The notes: generated by a model not told the origin, from the letters alone. DNA of 64,000 bases from Candidatus Margulisiibacteriota bacterium (GCA_034723395.1 JAYEOW010000004.1:35279-99278); one strand, 5' to 3'. Positions 8,365-17,591 are shown, counted from the stretch's first letter. Numbers and translations: made by a program.

Positions 8365-9611
8365 TTTATTTCCTCCGTGAGAGCCTTAAATGGGACCTCT
8401 TTCTGCTCTCCCTTCTCCATCTCCTTAAGTATAGCAGATTTTTTATTAATTTCATCCTCTCCGATAATATAAACATAGCTTGCTCCAATCCGGTCGGCAA
8501 TCCTCATCTGCGCCTTGAGGGATTTGCCAAGATAATCCATATCAGCAGAGATCCCCTTCGCCCTTAGTTTTGATAGAAGATCAAAACCAACCTTTTTCGC
8601 TTCATCACCGAGTGTAGCTATATATAATGAAATACATTGTTGGGATTTGGTCATTGGGATTTGGGATTTCATCACTTCAATTACCCGCTCAATCCCGATA
8701 GCAAACCCAACCGCTGGCGTCGGTTTTCCGCCAAATTCTTGAACTAATGTATCATAACGGCCGCCACCCGAAACCGCATTCTGCGCTCCAAGCTTAGAAG
8801 AAACTATCTCAAAAGTGGTTTTCGTGTAATAGTCCAATCCGCGAACTAACCGATTGTTTACTTTATACCGAATCACTCCATCACTTAATAACTTGATCAC
8901 TTCCTGAAACTGCTCCCCGCACTCTTCGCACAAGTAATCGACCGTCGCCGGCGCTTTTTCGATATATTTTTGGCACCCTTTTTCCTTACAGTCCAAAATC
9001 CTGAGCGGATTTTTCTTAAACCGATCCCTACAGTCACTACACATGCCTTTAACTTTATCTTTAAAGTACGCTTTCATAGCTTTTCGGAAGGCAGGTTGGC
9101 ACTCTTTACAGCCGACCGAATTAATATCTACTTCGAGATTGTTTAATCCAAGTGTCTCAAAGATCTGCATGTTTAAAAGGATAACTTCGACATCAATTTT
9201 CGGATCGGCCGACCCGAAAACTTCTACTCCTGCTTGATGAAACTGGCGTTGTCTACCTTTTTGGGGACGTTCGTAGCGGAACATCGGGCCAATATAAAAT
9301 AATTTGGTTAATTGTTCTGGCCGGATAAGATTGTTTTCGAGACAAGCGCGAACTACTGAAGCGGTCTCTTCGGGGCGCAAGGTTAAACTTCTCCCCTTCC
9401 GGTCTTTAAATTCGTACATCTCTTTTTTGACAATATCGGTAGTATCCCCGATCGAACGGGAAAAAAGTTCAGTTTTTTCAAAAATAGGAGTGCGGATTTC
9501 CTGGTAATTGTACAGAGAAAAGACTTTTCGACAGCTATTTTCTAAATGCTGCCATAAAGGCGCCTCGTTAGGAAGAATATCTTTGGTCCCACGGGGGGCT
9601 GCATACTTCAT
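8361..9611 (-). CDS. hisS: histidyl-tRNA synthetase
   Basis: 416 aa; class II motifs (FYIGPMFRYERPQKGRQRQFHQ, GGGRYD, GFAIGIERV). Confidence 0.95.
   Translation of the reverse strand: MKYAAPRGTKDILPNEAPLWQHLENSCRKVFSLYNYQEIRTPIFEKTELFSRSIGDTTDIVKKEMYEFKDRKGRSLTLRPEETASVVRACLENNLIRPEQLTKLFYIGPMFRYERPQKGRQRQFHQAGVEVFGSADPKIDVEVILLNMQIFETLGLNNLEVDINSVGCKECQPAFRKAMKAYFKDKVKGMCSDCRDRFKKNPLRILDCKEKGCQKYIEKAPATVDYLCEECGEQFQEVIKLLSDGVIRYKVNNRLVRGLDYYTKTTFEIVSSKLGAQNAVSGGGRYDTLVQEFGGKPTPAVGFAIGIERVIEVMKSQIPMTKSQQCISLYIATLGDEAKKVGFDLLSKLRAKGISADMDYLGKSLKAQMRIADRIGASYVYIIGEDEINKKSAILKEMEKGEQKEVPFKALTEEIK
8640..8667. repeat. heptanucleotide tandem array, 4 units (TTGGGAT TTGGTCA TTGGGAT TTGGGAT)
   Basis: Read directly from the sequence. 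It encodes the KSQIPMTKSQ linker of HisRS on the minus strand. Confidence 0.8.
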
Positions 9612-9621
9612 TTCGGGGAAA

Positions 9622-9630
9622 ATTATATCA
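9622..9630 (-). promoter_or_regulatory. extended -10 promoter (TGATATAAT) for hisS
   Basis: 10 nt upstream of ATG 9611, no SD. Confidence 0.5.
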
Positions 9631-9903
9631 TTTAACTATTTGAAAAGATAGCCACCCCGACAGCTTCAAGCCAGGGAATCGCTTTTTCAATGATCTGGGC
9701 CGCCCCAAACGGTTATATTTTAAAATATCTTCCAAAAATCCCCGTCCCAAAAATACCTTTTCCCCATTTTTAACGATAAAGAGGAATTTACCAAACAGCT
9801 TCCAGCCAAAAAAGACAATATTACGCAAGAACCTTCTCGCCTTCCAGATCCAAAGCTTTAAAATCCTCTCAACATATCGTATTTTCAAGGCAAAAACTTG
9901 CGC

Positions 9904-9932
9904 TTGCTCCCCCACTTTCAAGAGGGTATAAT
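9904..9932 (+). promoter_or_regulatory. candidate promoter of the EamA-like/C69 operon
   Basis: TTGCTC 9904-9909, 17 nt, TATAAT 9927-9932. ATG is 8 nt downstream. Confidence 0.5.
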
Positions 9933-9940
9933 CAAAAAAG

Positions 9941-10309
9941 ATGCACAATTTACTCTTTTGGATTATCGTTTACACTCTGATCCTGGCCTACAGCCAGGTA
10001 CTCTTAAAGATTGGCGTTTCACATATCGGAGGGATCGGGTTTGACCATCCTGTCCAATTTTTCTTATCGATCTTCAGTAATGTTTATATAATATCCGGCA
10101 CCATATTAATGGCCTCTTCCTATTTCCTCTGGCTGGCAATCTTATCCTGGTTCAAGCTCAGCGTCGCATTCCCCCTGACGGCGATCGGCTTTATTTTTGT
10201 CGCGGTCCTCTCCTATTTTATCCTTAACGAGAAATTGCTTTTTATCAATTACGTCGGCATCCTGTTTATCGCGCTGGGGATATTCCTGCTGCTTTATAAA
10301 TCTGTCTAA
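9941..10309 (+). CDS. small 4-TM EamA/SMR-like membrane protein (ArnE/ArnF-like flippase subunit candidate)
   Basis: 122 aa, four hydrophobic segments. Size and pattern resemble half-EamA/SMR transporters. Confidence 0.55.
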   Translation: MHNLLFWIIVYTLILAYSQVLLKIGVSHIGGIGFDHPVQFFLSIFSNVYIISGTILMASSYFLWLAILSWFKLSVAFPLTAIGFIFVAVLSYFILNEKLLFINYVGILFIALGIFLLLYKSV

Positions 10310-10319
10310 GGAGAAAAAC

Positions 10320-11996
10320 ATGAAAAAGATGGTTTATCTTTTACTTATTATTTCTATGCTTTATATCATCCCCGCTAGTGCCTGCACTACAACTATTGTC
10401 GGGAAAGATGCCACGACTGATGGGTCGGTTATCGTCTCCCACTCGGATGACGATGAATTGGGCGACCAGAGAATAGTCTACGTCCCGGCAAAAGACCACC
10501 CTCCAGGATCAATGCGGCCGGTCTACTATGATATAGTTTCGTTCGGGAATACCACAAACCGCTATGTCGGCGCCAGCCGCGGCCCGGCGTATCTAAATCC
10601 GGATCTTCCCCAATCAAAGCCGATCGGATATATACCACAAGTATCGCATACTTATGCTTATTTCGACGGAAATTACGGGATCATGAACGAGCATCAGTTG
10701 ATGTTTGGCGAATGCACTAACGGCGCCAAGATAGAACTGAAGCCAAAAAAAGGTGAGAGAATTTTTTACAGCGCCGGGCTCTCCCGGGTCGCGCTCGAAA
10801 GATGCAGGACCGCCCGTAAAGCGGTAGCGCTCATGGGAAAATTGATCGATAAATATGGATATTATGGCACCGGCGAAACCCTTTTAGTCGGCGACACGCA
10901 GGAAGCATGGGTTTTTGAAATGTGCTGTTCACCAGACGGCAAAGGAGGGTTCTGGGTCGCAAAAAAGGTTCCCGATAATGAGATGTTTGCCGCAGCTAAC
11001 GAATTCAGGATCCGCGAAATTACCCCGGATATGCTCCATACTGAAAAACTTTTTGAAAAAACTAAAAAAGCGGGCTGGTGGGATGGAAAAGAACCGTTCG
11101 ACTGGCTGCGTGTCGTTAGCCGTGGTGAATATAACCATCCCTATTATAGCTTAAGAAGGGTCTGGAGCATTTTTAGAAGAGCAAAACCTTCTGCAAAGTT
11201 CAGCCCCTGGGTAAAAGATGGTTTTACAAAAGCCTACCCTTTCTCAATTAAGCCGGACAAAAAGCTTTCCGTTCGGGATGTAATGGCATTCCACCGCGAT
11301 CATTACAATGGGACCGAATTCGATATGACCAAAGGTCTCGCTGCCGGCCCTTTTGGAAGTCCCGATCGTTATATCGGAAAATACGACCTGACGGATTTCC
11401 CAAAAGCCAAACTATGGGGAGCATGGGAGAGACCGATCACCGTCTTTTACGCCGGCTACTCATATATCAACCAGGCCAGGGGATGGCTCCCCGATCCAAT
11501 CGGGGGAATCAGCTGGTTCGGACCGGATAAGCCGTATGAAACCTGCTATATTCCTTTCTACGCCGGGGTAAATGATCTGCCAAGGTCATATCAGACTGGA
11601 AGCACAAAAAAATATGACCGCAAAACCGCCTGGTGGGCATTTAATTTTGTTAATAATTGGGCCAACCTTAAATACAGTTATATGATCAAAGATATCCGTA
11701 CGAAACAAAAAGAGCTGGAAGATAAAGAATTTAATAATCAGCCGACGATCGAAAAGAAAGCACTTACCCTTTATGAAAAAGACCCGAAACTTACCCGCGC
11801 CTATTTAACAAAATATTCGATCGATAACGCGGATGAGGTTGTTGGCCAATGGTGGCTGCTGGCAAATCACCTTATCGAAAAATATAGTGATGGCTATGTA
11901 AATAAACCTGAAGTCGGAAGAGAGATTGGCTACCCCGGCAAGTGGCTGCAAAAGGTCGGTTACGATAAAGGGCCAAGCACTTACGAAAAGAGGTAA
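10320..11996 (+). CDS. secreted C69-family dipeptidase
   Basis: Signal peptide, then ACTTTIVGKDATTDGS (nucleophile Cys after cleavage). AAGGAG SD at 10308-10313. The upstream 41 codons of the long ORF overlap the previous gene. Confidence 0.85.
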   Translation: MKKMVYLLLIISMLYIIPASACTTTIVGKDATTDGSVIVSHSDDDELGDQRIVYVPAKDHPPGSMRPVYYDIVSFGNTTNRYVGASRGPAYLNPDLPQSKPIGYIPQVSHTYAYFDGNYGIMNEHQLMFGECTNGAKIELKPKKGERIFYSAGLSRVALERCRTARKAVALMGKLIDKYGYYGTGETLLVGDTQEAWVFEMCCSPDGKGGFWVAKKVPDNEMFAAANEFRIREITPDMLHTEKLFEKTKKAGWWDGKEPFDWLRVVSRGEYNHPYYSLRRVWSIFRRAKPSAKFSPWVKDGFTKAYPFSIKPDKKLSVRDVMAFHRDHYNGTEFDMTKGLAAGPFGSPDRYIGKYDLTDFPKAKLWGAWERPITVFYAGYSYINQARGWLPDPIGGISWFGPDKPYETCYIPFYAGVNDLPRSYQTGSTKKYDRKTAWWAFNFVNNWANLKYSYMIKDIRTKQKELEDKEFNNQPTIEKKALTLYEKDPKLTRAYLTKYSIDNADEVVGQWWLLANHLIEKYSDGYVNKPEVGREIGYPGKWLQKVGYDKGPSTYEKR

Positions 11997-12001
11997 TTAG
12001 G

Positions 12002-12631
12002 ATGGTGGAAGCAGAAGGGAACAAACAAGATCTCGGATTGACCACGAACCGAATCGAAGCGCTAACCGACGGTATTTTTGCCATCGCAATGACACTTCAG
12101 GTATTGTCGCTCAATCTCCCGGAGACGGCCAGCATCTTAAACGAAGCCGGACTGCATCATTTACTGATGGACCAATTTGATAAGTTCTTTAATTATGCGA
12201 GAAGTTTTCTTCTTTTGGCGATCTTCTGGATCATTCACCACCAGCAGTTTCACTCGATCATTCGCACCGACCGGAAACATCTCTGGATAAATATCTTTAT
12301 GCTTATGTTCGTCGCCCTGATCCCCTTTTCGACAACTCTGGTTGGAAACTTTAATAACGATTGGATGGCCGAATTCTTTTTTGGTGGGAACCTGTTTTTT
12401 GTCGGTTTGTTCATCCAGCTTAACTGGCTCTACGCTGCCAATAATCACCGCTTAGTAAGGCGCAATTATCCGCAAGATAAAATTAATATCGGAAAGAAAC
12501 GGGGAATGATCACTCCGGCCATTTCACTGCTGGCAATGGGGATCTCGATCGTTAATCCCTCTCTGGCCTCCTACACTTATCTACTGATCCCGATCATTCT
12601 ATCGCTTCCCAGCCTGAAACGAAGGGTTTAA
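12002..12631 (+). CDS. TMEM175-family (DUF1211) potassium channel homolog
   Basis: 209 aa, 6 TM; N-terminal RIEALTDGIFAIAMTLQVL matches the RxxxFSDGVFAI family signature. Confidence 0.75.
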   Translation: MVEAEGNKQDLGLTTNRIEALTDGIFAIAMTLQVLSLNLPETASILNEAGLHHLLMDQFDKFFNYARSFLLLAIFWIIHHQQFHSIIRTDRKHLWINIFMLMFVALIPFSTTLVGNFNNDWMAEFFFGGNLFFVGLFIQLNWLYAANNHRLVRRNYPQDKINIGKKRGMITPAISLLAMGISIVNPSLASYTYLLIPIILSLPSLKRRV

Positions 12632-12635
12632 AAAG

Positions 12636-13991
12636 TTATTTAAGATAGTAGATCCGCGTGTTGCGATCTCTTTCCAGTTGGAGCGCGTATCCTTTTATAT
12701 TATCGGTCAGGATAGAATTATTTATTGATTTATCCTTTTTAACCGGGAATACCACGTATCCAAAAATATTTTTACCTGCTGGATAAGGGGCAAAGATCAA
12801 TTCCGCATTTACGCCCTTGACCTGGATATTCGACGGACTGTCTGGTGAATAAAATTTTCCATCAAGCCCGACGATCATCTTTTTCTTTCCGAAAGATAAA
12901 AACCCCTTCCTCCCCCACGAACCCCCGGCCGCCCAATCAAGCGGCGCCGCAATTAACACATACTCAAGGCTATCTGTTTTTTCCTCATATGCATCAATAA
13001 TGTTCTTCAGTTCTATATTCTTTAGTTCGTAGTACTTTATTACCTTCTCTTTAATCCCAAGATCTTCGGCCGCTTTTAGCGGCGGAACAGATTTGGCAAG
13101 GACATCCATTGGAGTTTCTCCCCCGGCAACCCTTAATTTCCACCCCTTAATCCCTTTTAGGTCCAGAATAAAACCGGCTAACGGCCCGATCGCATATGAT
13201 TCTCCCTCTTTGAGCGATCCTTTATGATGAAAATTGTTGTATTTTGTTTTCCACCTCCGGGCAAACAGCTTGCGCAGATCATCATACAACTTAAGCTTAG
13301 AAGCCCCACTGCCCAGCCGACCGAACACCACCCCAAACAAGCCTACATATTCTGCCGAACCTTCCAGCCGATCGACCTCAAAGTTTCGATTCTTTTCTTC
13401 AGGAAATTGTACAGAATAAAGATTATGCCAGTATACCGATTCACCCACAGCTCCCCGCTCTTTCTTAACAAAAGCCCGATAAAGCGCATCCATTATCATT
13501 CTCCTCAGGTAGCGCGGCCTCCAATTTTCGGGATAGATATCACCGCGAAAGGTTGCTCCAGACTTACTCTTCCATAATGCCTGCCCCACAATGTGAAAAC
13601 CTTCATGGCAAAGAAGGATCAATATATCATCAATATCATAGTTACTCTTTTCTAAAGCGACGGAAAGTGCAATCCTCTCCTTCCATTTAGATCTGCTCCA
13701 GTTGCCGTCTGTGCGTAAATTTGGCGGCAGCGCAGAATAACTAACCTCTCCAACTCCCCCCTCCTGATCTCTATTCCAAACAAAGGCCTTTTTCCCTTCA
13801 TTGTCCAGCATGACCACTAAGAGATCCTTCCACCCGCTGCCCGGCCAGACATTGTTTGGGTAATCGAGCGTCGATTCGGAAAGGGCCCTCCCTACCTCTT
13901 TTGCTCCATCGATCGAAAATCCGCCCATAAAAAAAGCGGCGGAAGAAAAGGCTAAAATGAAGACCATTAAAAAGGCGGTAATCAGTTTCAT
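12636..13991 (-). CDS. secreted hypothetical protein, putative MA-clan (gluzincin-like) metallopeptidase
   Basis: 451 aa; signal peptide, HEGFH (HExxH) and a downstream LEGSAEY that could supply the third ligand. No further similarity recognised. Confidence 0.5.
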   Translation of the reverse strand: MKLITAFLMVFILAFSSAAFFMGGFSIDGAKEVGRALSESTLDYPNNVWPGSGWKDLLVVMLDNEGKKAFVWNRDQEGGVGEVSYSALPPNLRTDGNWSRSKWKERIALSVALEKSNYDIDDILILLCHEGFHIVGQALWKSKSGATFRGDIYPENWRPRYLRRMIMDALYRAFVKKERGAVGESVYWHNLYSVQFPEEKNRNFEVDRLEGSAEYVGLFGVVFGRLGSGASKLKLYDDLRKLFARRWKTKYNNFHHKGSLKEGESYAIGPLAGFILDLKGIKGWKLRVAGGETPMDVLAKSVPPLKAAEDLGIKEKVIKYYELKNIELKNIIDAYEEKTDSLEYVLIAAPLDWAAGGSWGRKGFLSFGKKKMIVGLDGKFYSPDSPSNIQVKGVNAELIFAPYPAGKNIFGYVVFPVKKDKSINNSILTDNIKGYALQLERDRNTRIYYLK

Positions 13992-14000
13992 TTCTTCCAG

Positions 14001-14009
14001 ATTATAACA
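14001..14009 (-). promoter_or_regulatory. extended -10 promoter (TGTTATAAT) for the HExxH protein gene
   Basis: 9 nt upstream of ATG 13991. Confidence 0.45.
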
Positions 14010-14015
14010 TATAGG

Positions 14016-14044
14016 TTGACGGATTATATTATATATTGTAAAAT
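14016..14044 (+). promoter_or_regulatory. candidate promoter of the RRM-DUF2779 operon
   Basis: TTGACG 14016-14021, 17 nt, TAAAAT 14039-14044. This predicts a leader of about 130 nt. Confidence 0.55.
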
Positions 14045-14180
14045 CAGTGCGTTAAATGGTCGAAGTTAATGATTATAAGCACATATGTTTCTGCAGACTA
14101 TGTCACCAGTGTCCCCGCTATTTCGGGTCCTCGGTTTCCATTAATATCAGCAGAAAATCTATCAGGAGGAGTACAACCTT

Positions 14181-14444
14181 ATGAAAAGCTTATTTGTAGG
14201 AAATTTGGCTTGGGCAGTTACCGACGAAGACCTTAAGAACAAGTTCGTTGAATTCGGTAATGTTTTATCAGCTCGAGTGATTACCGACAAGTTTTCGGGC
14301 AAGTCCCGTGGATTTGGTTTTGTCGATATGGATGATGCGGACGCTGAAAAAGCGATCGCCGGTATGGCCGAGCAGGATTGGAATGGCCGTAAAATTACGG
14401 TTAACGAAGCCAAGCCAAGGGCCGAGCGTGGAAACCGATCTTAA
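14181..14444 (+). CDS. RRM-type RNA-binding protein
   Basis: 87 aa; RNP-2 LFVGNL and RNP-1 RGFGFVDM. AGGAGG SD. 5' UTR of about 130 nt. Confidence 0.9.
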   Translation: MKSLFVGNLAWAVTDEDLKNKFVEFGNVLSARVITDKFSGKSRGFGFVDMDDADAEKAIAGMAEQDWNGRKITVNEAKPRAERGNRS

Positions 14445-14447
14445 TTA

Positions 14448-15908
14448 GTGCCTCTCTTTTTATCAAAAAGTAAATACCTGGGGGGGCTTAGGTGCCCTAA
14501 GTTCCTCTGGTATATGTATAACCGGAAGGATCAAATCCCGCCTCCTCCACCCGAGCTCGAAGAGGTATTTAAACAGGGGCGGATCGTTGGCGAACATGCC
14601 CAACAACTCTTTCCTGACGGGATTAAAATCGGACGCGAATTTAATCCTAACCGGATGAGTGAAAAATCACTCAATGCCCTTTTCCGCAGCGTCCCCGTCT
14701 TTGAAGCAGGATTTGTTTGCCACCAAGCTTATGCCCTGGCAGATATTTTAGTCCCGGCACAGAACGGGAGCTGGGACTTAATCGAGGTTAAAAGTTCGAC
14801 CGGGATCAAAGAAGAGCATCTGTTGGATGCCGCTTTCCAAAAATATGTCTACTCTGGCGCCGGGGTCAAGGTTAATCGCTGTTATCTGATGCATCTTAAT
14901 AAAGAGTATATCCGTAATGGTGACCTTGAAGTTGATAAACTCTTTAAAAAGGTCGATGTTAGTGAAGAAGTGGAGCAGCTCCTCCCTGATACGCAAAAGA
15001 ATATCGGAATCTTGCTTAACTTGATCAACGGACCGGAGCCAAACACGAAGATCGGCATGCACTGCAGCGAGGAATGCCCGCTTTGGGAAATATGCACCAA
15101 TTCCCTACCCAAAGATAATATTTTTAATCTCCGCTCCGGAAAAAAGATCGCCCTGGCCTTGTTCGAACAAGGGATCATCCGGATCAGGGATATCCCTGAA
15201 TATGTTGAGCTGAACAAGAAACAAAAGATCCAGTTAAACTCACATCTTAACAATAAACCCTATGTCAACAAGGCAGAGATCAAAGCTTTTCTTGATGAAC
15301 TTGCATATCCATTATATTTTCTCGATTTCGAAACGATCGCTCCCGCCATCCCGACTTATGATCAGACCCACCCCTATCAGGACATCCCCTTCCAATATTC
15401 CCTGCATGTTCAGAACAGCAAGGGGAGCAAACCGATCCACTACGAATACCTTGCCCCGGGAGACATCGATCCACGGCCGGAGGTATTGAAACAATTAAAG
15501 GATCGTCTTGGCAGCTCCGGATCGATCGTCGCCTATAACGCAGCTTACGAGCTTAAATGCATTGGATCATCAGTAAAAGTTAATCCGGGATTCAAATCCT
15601 GGTTCGATCAGATCAGACTGCGCTTTGCCGACCTGCTGATCCCTTTTAAAAACTTTTATTATTACCATCCGGAACAATTAGGCAGCGCCTCCTTAAAAAA
15701 GGTCCTCCCGGCATTAACTGATGAAAGCTATGAAGGAATGGAGATCGGAGGCGGGAGACGGGCTAGCGCAGAGTACTTAAGAATTACCTTTGATAAAGGG
15801 ATAGATAATAAAGAACGTCGGGAAATAAGAAGGGCATTGACCAAGTATTGCGGTTTAGATACGCGGGGGATGATCGATATATTAGATGTGCTGGAAAAGG
15901 TTATTTAA
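14448..15908 (+). CDS. DUF2779-type protein: Cas4/RecB-like PD-(D/E)XK nuclease fused to a DEDDy exonuclease-like domain
   Basis: 486 aa; C16 plus CSEECPLWEIC cysteine cluster, DLIEVKS, QKYVY, then FLDFET, YNAAYE and YCGLD. GTG start 3 nt after the RRM gene stop. Confidence 0.7.
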   Translation: MPLFLSKSKYLGGLRCPKFLWYMYNRKDQIPPPPPELEEVFKQGRIVGEHAQQLFPDGIKIGREFNPNRMSEKSLNALFRSVPVFEAGFVCHQAYALADILVPAQNGSWDLIEVKSSTGIKEEHLLDAAFQKYVYSGAGVKVNRCYLMHLNKEYIRNGDLEVDKLFKKVDVSEEVEQLLPDTQKNIGILLNLINGPEPNTKIGMHCSEECPLWEICTNSLPKDNIFNLRSGKKIALALFEQGIIRIRDIPEYVELNKKQKIQLNSHLNNKPYVNKAEIKAFLDELAYPLYFLDFETIAPAIPTYDQTHPYQDIPFQYSLHVQNSKGSKPIHYEYLAPGDIDPRPEVLKQLKDRLGSSGSIVAYNAAYELKCIGSSVKVNPGFKSWFDQIRLRFADLLIPFKNFYYYHPEQLGSASLKKVLPALTDESYEGMEIGGGRRASAEYLRITFDKGIDNKERREIRRALTKYCGLDTRGMIDILDVLEKVI

Positions 15909-16914
15909 TATATTCGGTGCGTCCTGAAAAAGTAAAAGCATAAGCTCTAATTGCACCTGTTTTTAATCTGATACTGATTATCCCATCCTCGGCCTTATTG
16001 CTTTTTATCAAATTATACATTGTTCCTTTTTCGACCGATAATTCTTTTAAGAATTTTCCACTATGTAAAACATCAACCACGGTATTGCCCACTAAAGGAT
16101 TGAGCACCACATTTACTTCCGTGGCCCGGAACCTCAACATCAATTCGGCGCCCGTTTTATCTGTCTGCACATAATCCCGCATTGCCAAAAACGTCCCTTT
16201 AAGCGCAAGGCTGTCTTGCGGAATCTGTTTTGGCGGCGTATAGTTTTTAACCTTATTGTATAAAAATCCGCCTTTATTACTTAAAAATCCTCTTTGATAC
16301 CCGCAATATATCTCTGGAGTAAAGGGGAAACACATCCCGATATATTTTTTTTGTATCCCTAACTCGGGGAGCCTTAGTTTCCGATCCTTTTCCTTAAGCA
16401 TCATTTGGATTGCTTTTTCTGTCTCCGTATACTTCCCTTCCCCAAAATGGGCATAAACTATCGCCCCATTTTTATCGGCCAGATATTTTGCCGGCCAGGA
16501 GTGGTTATTAAAATTTTCCCAATTCTCGTAATACTCATCCAATACAACCGGCCATTCCACACCCAACTCCCTGATCGCACACTGTACATTCCCGGGATCC
16601 CTTTCAAAATCAAATTCCGGGGTATGTATACCAATGATCAGAAACCCTTTATCTTTATATTTTTTCCACCATTGCTTAAGATATGGGATAGTGCGGCGGC
16701 AGTTAACACAAGAATAGGTCCAGAAATCGTATAATACGATCTTCCCTTCAAGTTCTTTTAGGCTTAAAGGCTTTGAATTAAACCACACCTTGCTATCTAC
16801 TGCAGGCGCTTTTGACATTCTCCCCACATCCAAGCCCGGCCTTTCCCCTGACGCAAAAGCAGATGAACAAATAACCAGACAAATAGTGAGAAGACAAAAA
16901 AACCTATTTAACAT
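15901..16914 (-). CDS. secreted thioredoxin-fold protein (DipZ C-terminal-like / redoxin)
   Basis: 337 aa; signal peptide, FWTYSCVNCRRTIPYL with CxxC, then a beta-rich C-terminal domain. Confidence 0.7.
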   Translation of the reverse strand: MLNRFFCLLTICLVICSSAFASGERPGLDVGRMSKAPAVDSKVWFNSKPLSLKELEGKIVLYDFWTYSCVNCRRTIPYLKQWWKKYKDKGFLIIGIHTPEFDFERDPGNVQCAIRELGVEWPVVLDEYYENWENFNNHSWPAKYLADKNGAIVYAHFGEGKYTETEKAIQMMLKEKDRKLRLPELGIQKKYIGMCFPFTPEIYCGYQRGFLSNKGGFLYNKVKNYTPPKQIPQDSLALKGTFLAMRDYVQTDKTGAELMLRFRATEVNVVLNPLVGNTVVDVLHSGKFLKELSVEKGTMYNLIKSNKAEDGIISIRLKTGAIRAYAFTFSGRTEYIK

Positions 16915-16927
16915 TTCTGACGAATGC

Positions 16928-17527
16928 TTATATCTTATCTTTTATGACAATCTTATTGACAATGACCGGTTCCAGCGGGCGGTCCATCTGGTCCCGTTTA
17001 ACCATGTTGATCTCATTAACCACTTCAGACCCTTCGATCAATTGGCCGAAGATCGTGTGCTTGCCGTTGAGCCAAGGAGTGATTGCGGTAGTAACAAAAA
17101 ATTGAGATCCATTGGTCCCCGGCCCCGCATTGGCCATCGCTAACCTGCCTACCTGGTCAAAATTGAGCCCGGGAACTATCTCGTCCTCAAATCTGTACCC
17201 CGGCCCCCCGGTCCCATTCCCTAACGGATCGCCCCCTTGGATCATAAAATTTGGAATGACCCGGTGAAAAACGGTCCCATCATATAACGGCTCCTGTTTT
17301 TTTTCTCCACTACGCGGGTCTGCCCACTCCTTGGTCCCTTTAGCCAATCCGACAAAATTCTCAACCGTTACCGGCGCGTCCTTTGGATAGAGGATACAAG
17401 TAAAGTTCCCCTTGTTTGTTTCAAAAACCGCGTAAAGCTTATCGGGCATTTTTGGCCTTCCTCCCATCGCTGATGCAATGTTAATAGTTAGGATGCAAAT
17501 TATAAAGATGAATAAATATTTCTTCAT
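16928..17527 (-). CDS. secreted cyclophilin-type peptidyl-prolyl isomerase
   Basis: 199 aa; FHRVIPNFMIQGGDP and GSQFFVTT. Confidence 0.9.
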   Translation of the reverse strand: MKKYLFIFIICILTINIASAMGGRPKMPDKLYAVFETNKGNFTCILYPKDAPVTVENFVGLAKGTKEWADPRSGEKKQEPLYDGTVFHRVIPNFMIQGGDPLGNGTGGPGYRFEDEIVPGLNFDQVGRLAMANAGPGTNGSQFFVTTAITPWLNGKHTIFGQLIEGSEVVNEINMVKRDQMDRPLEPVIVNKIVIKDKI

Positions 17528-17537
17528 AACGGTTGCA

Positions 17538-17546
17538 ATTATAACA
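17538..17546 (-). promoter_or_regulatory. extended -10 promoter (TGTTATAAT) for the cyclophilin gene
   Basis: 10 nt upstream of ATG 17527. Confidence 0.45.
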
Positions 17547-17591
17547 TAAAAGCCTTATGATGTAATATCTTTTTCAGGAAGGGAGAACTAA

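Noticed and set aside
9612-9940. T-box leader for hisS, or a replication origin at the minus-to-plus strand switch
   Set aside because: No AGGGUGGNACCGCG-like T-box sequence is present, and the hisS promoter abuts the ATG. There are no TTATCCACA-type DnaA boxes and no dnaA or dnaN nearby. A second strand switch at about 46.6 kb shows that gene orientation here is not a replichore signal.
9628-9948. 106-codon minus-strand ORF upstream of hisS
   Set aside because: It has no SD. Its start overlaps the opposing gene start and contains that gene's promoter. The sequence is low-complexity, K/F/L-rich, with no motif. It is kept only as an open question in the findings.
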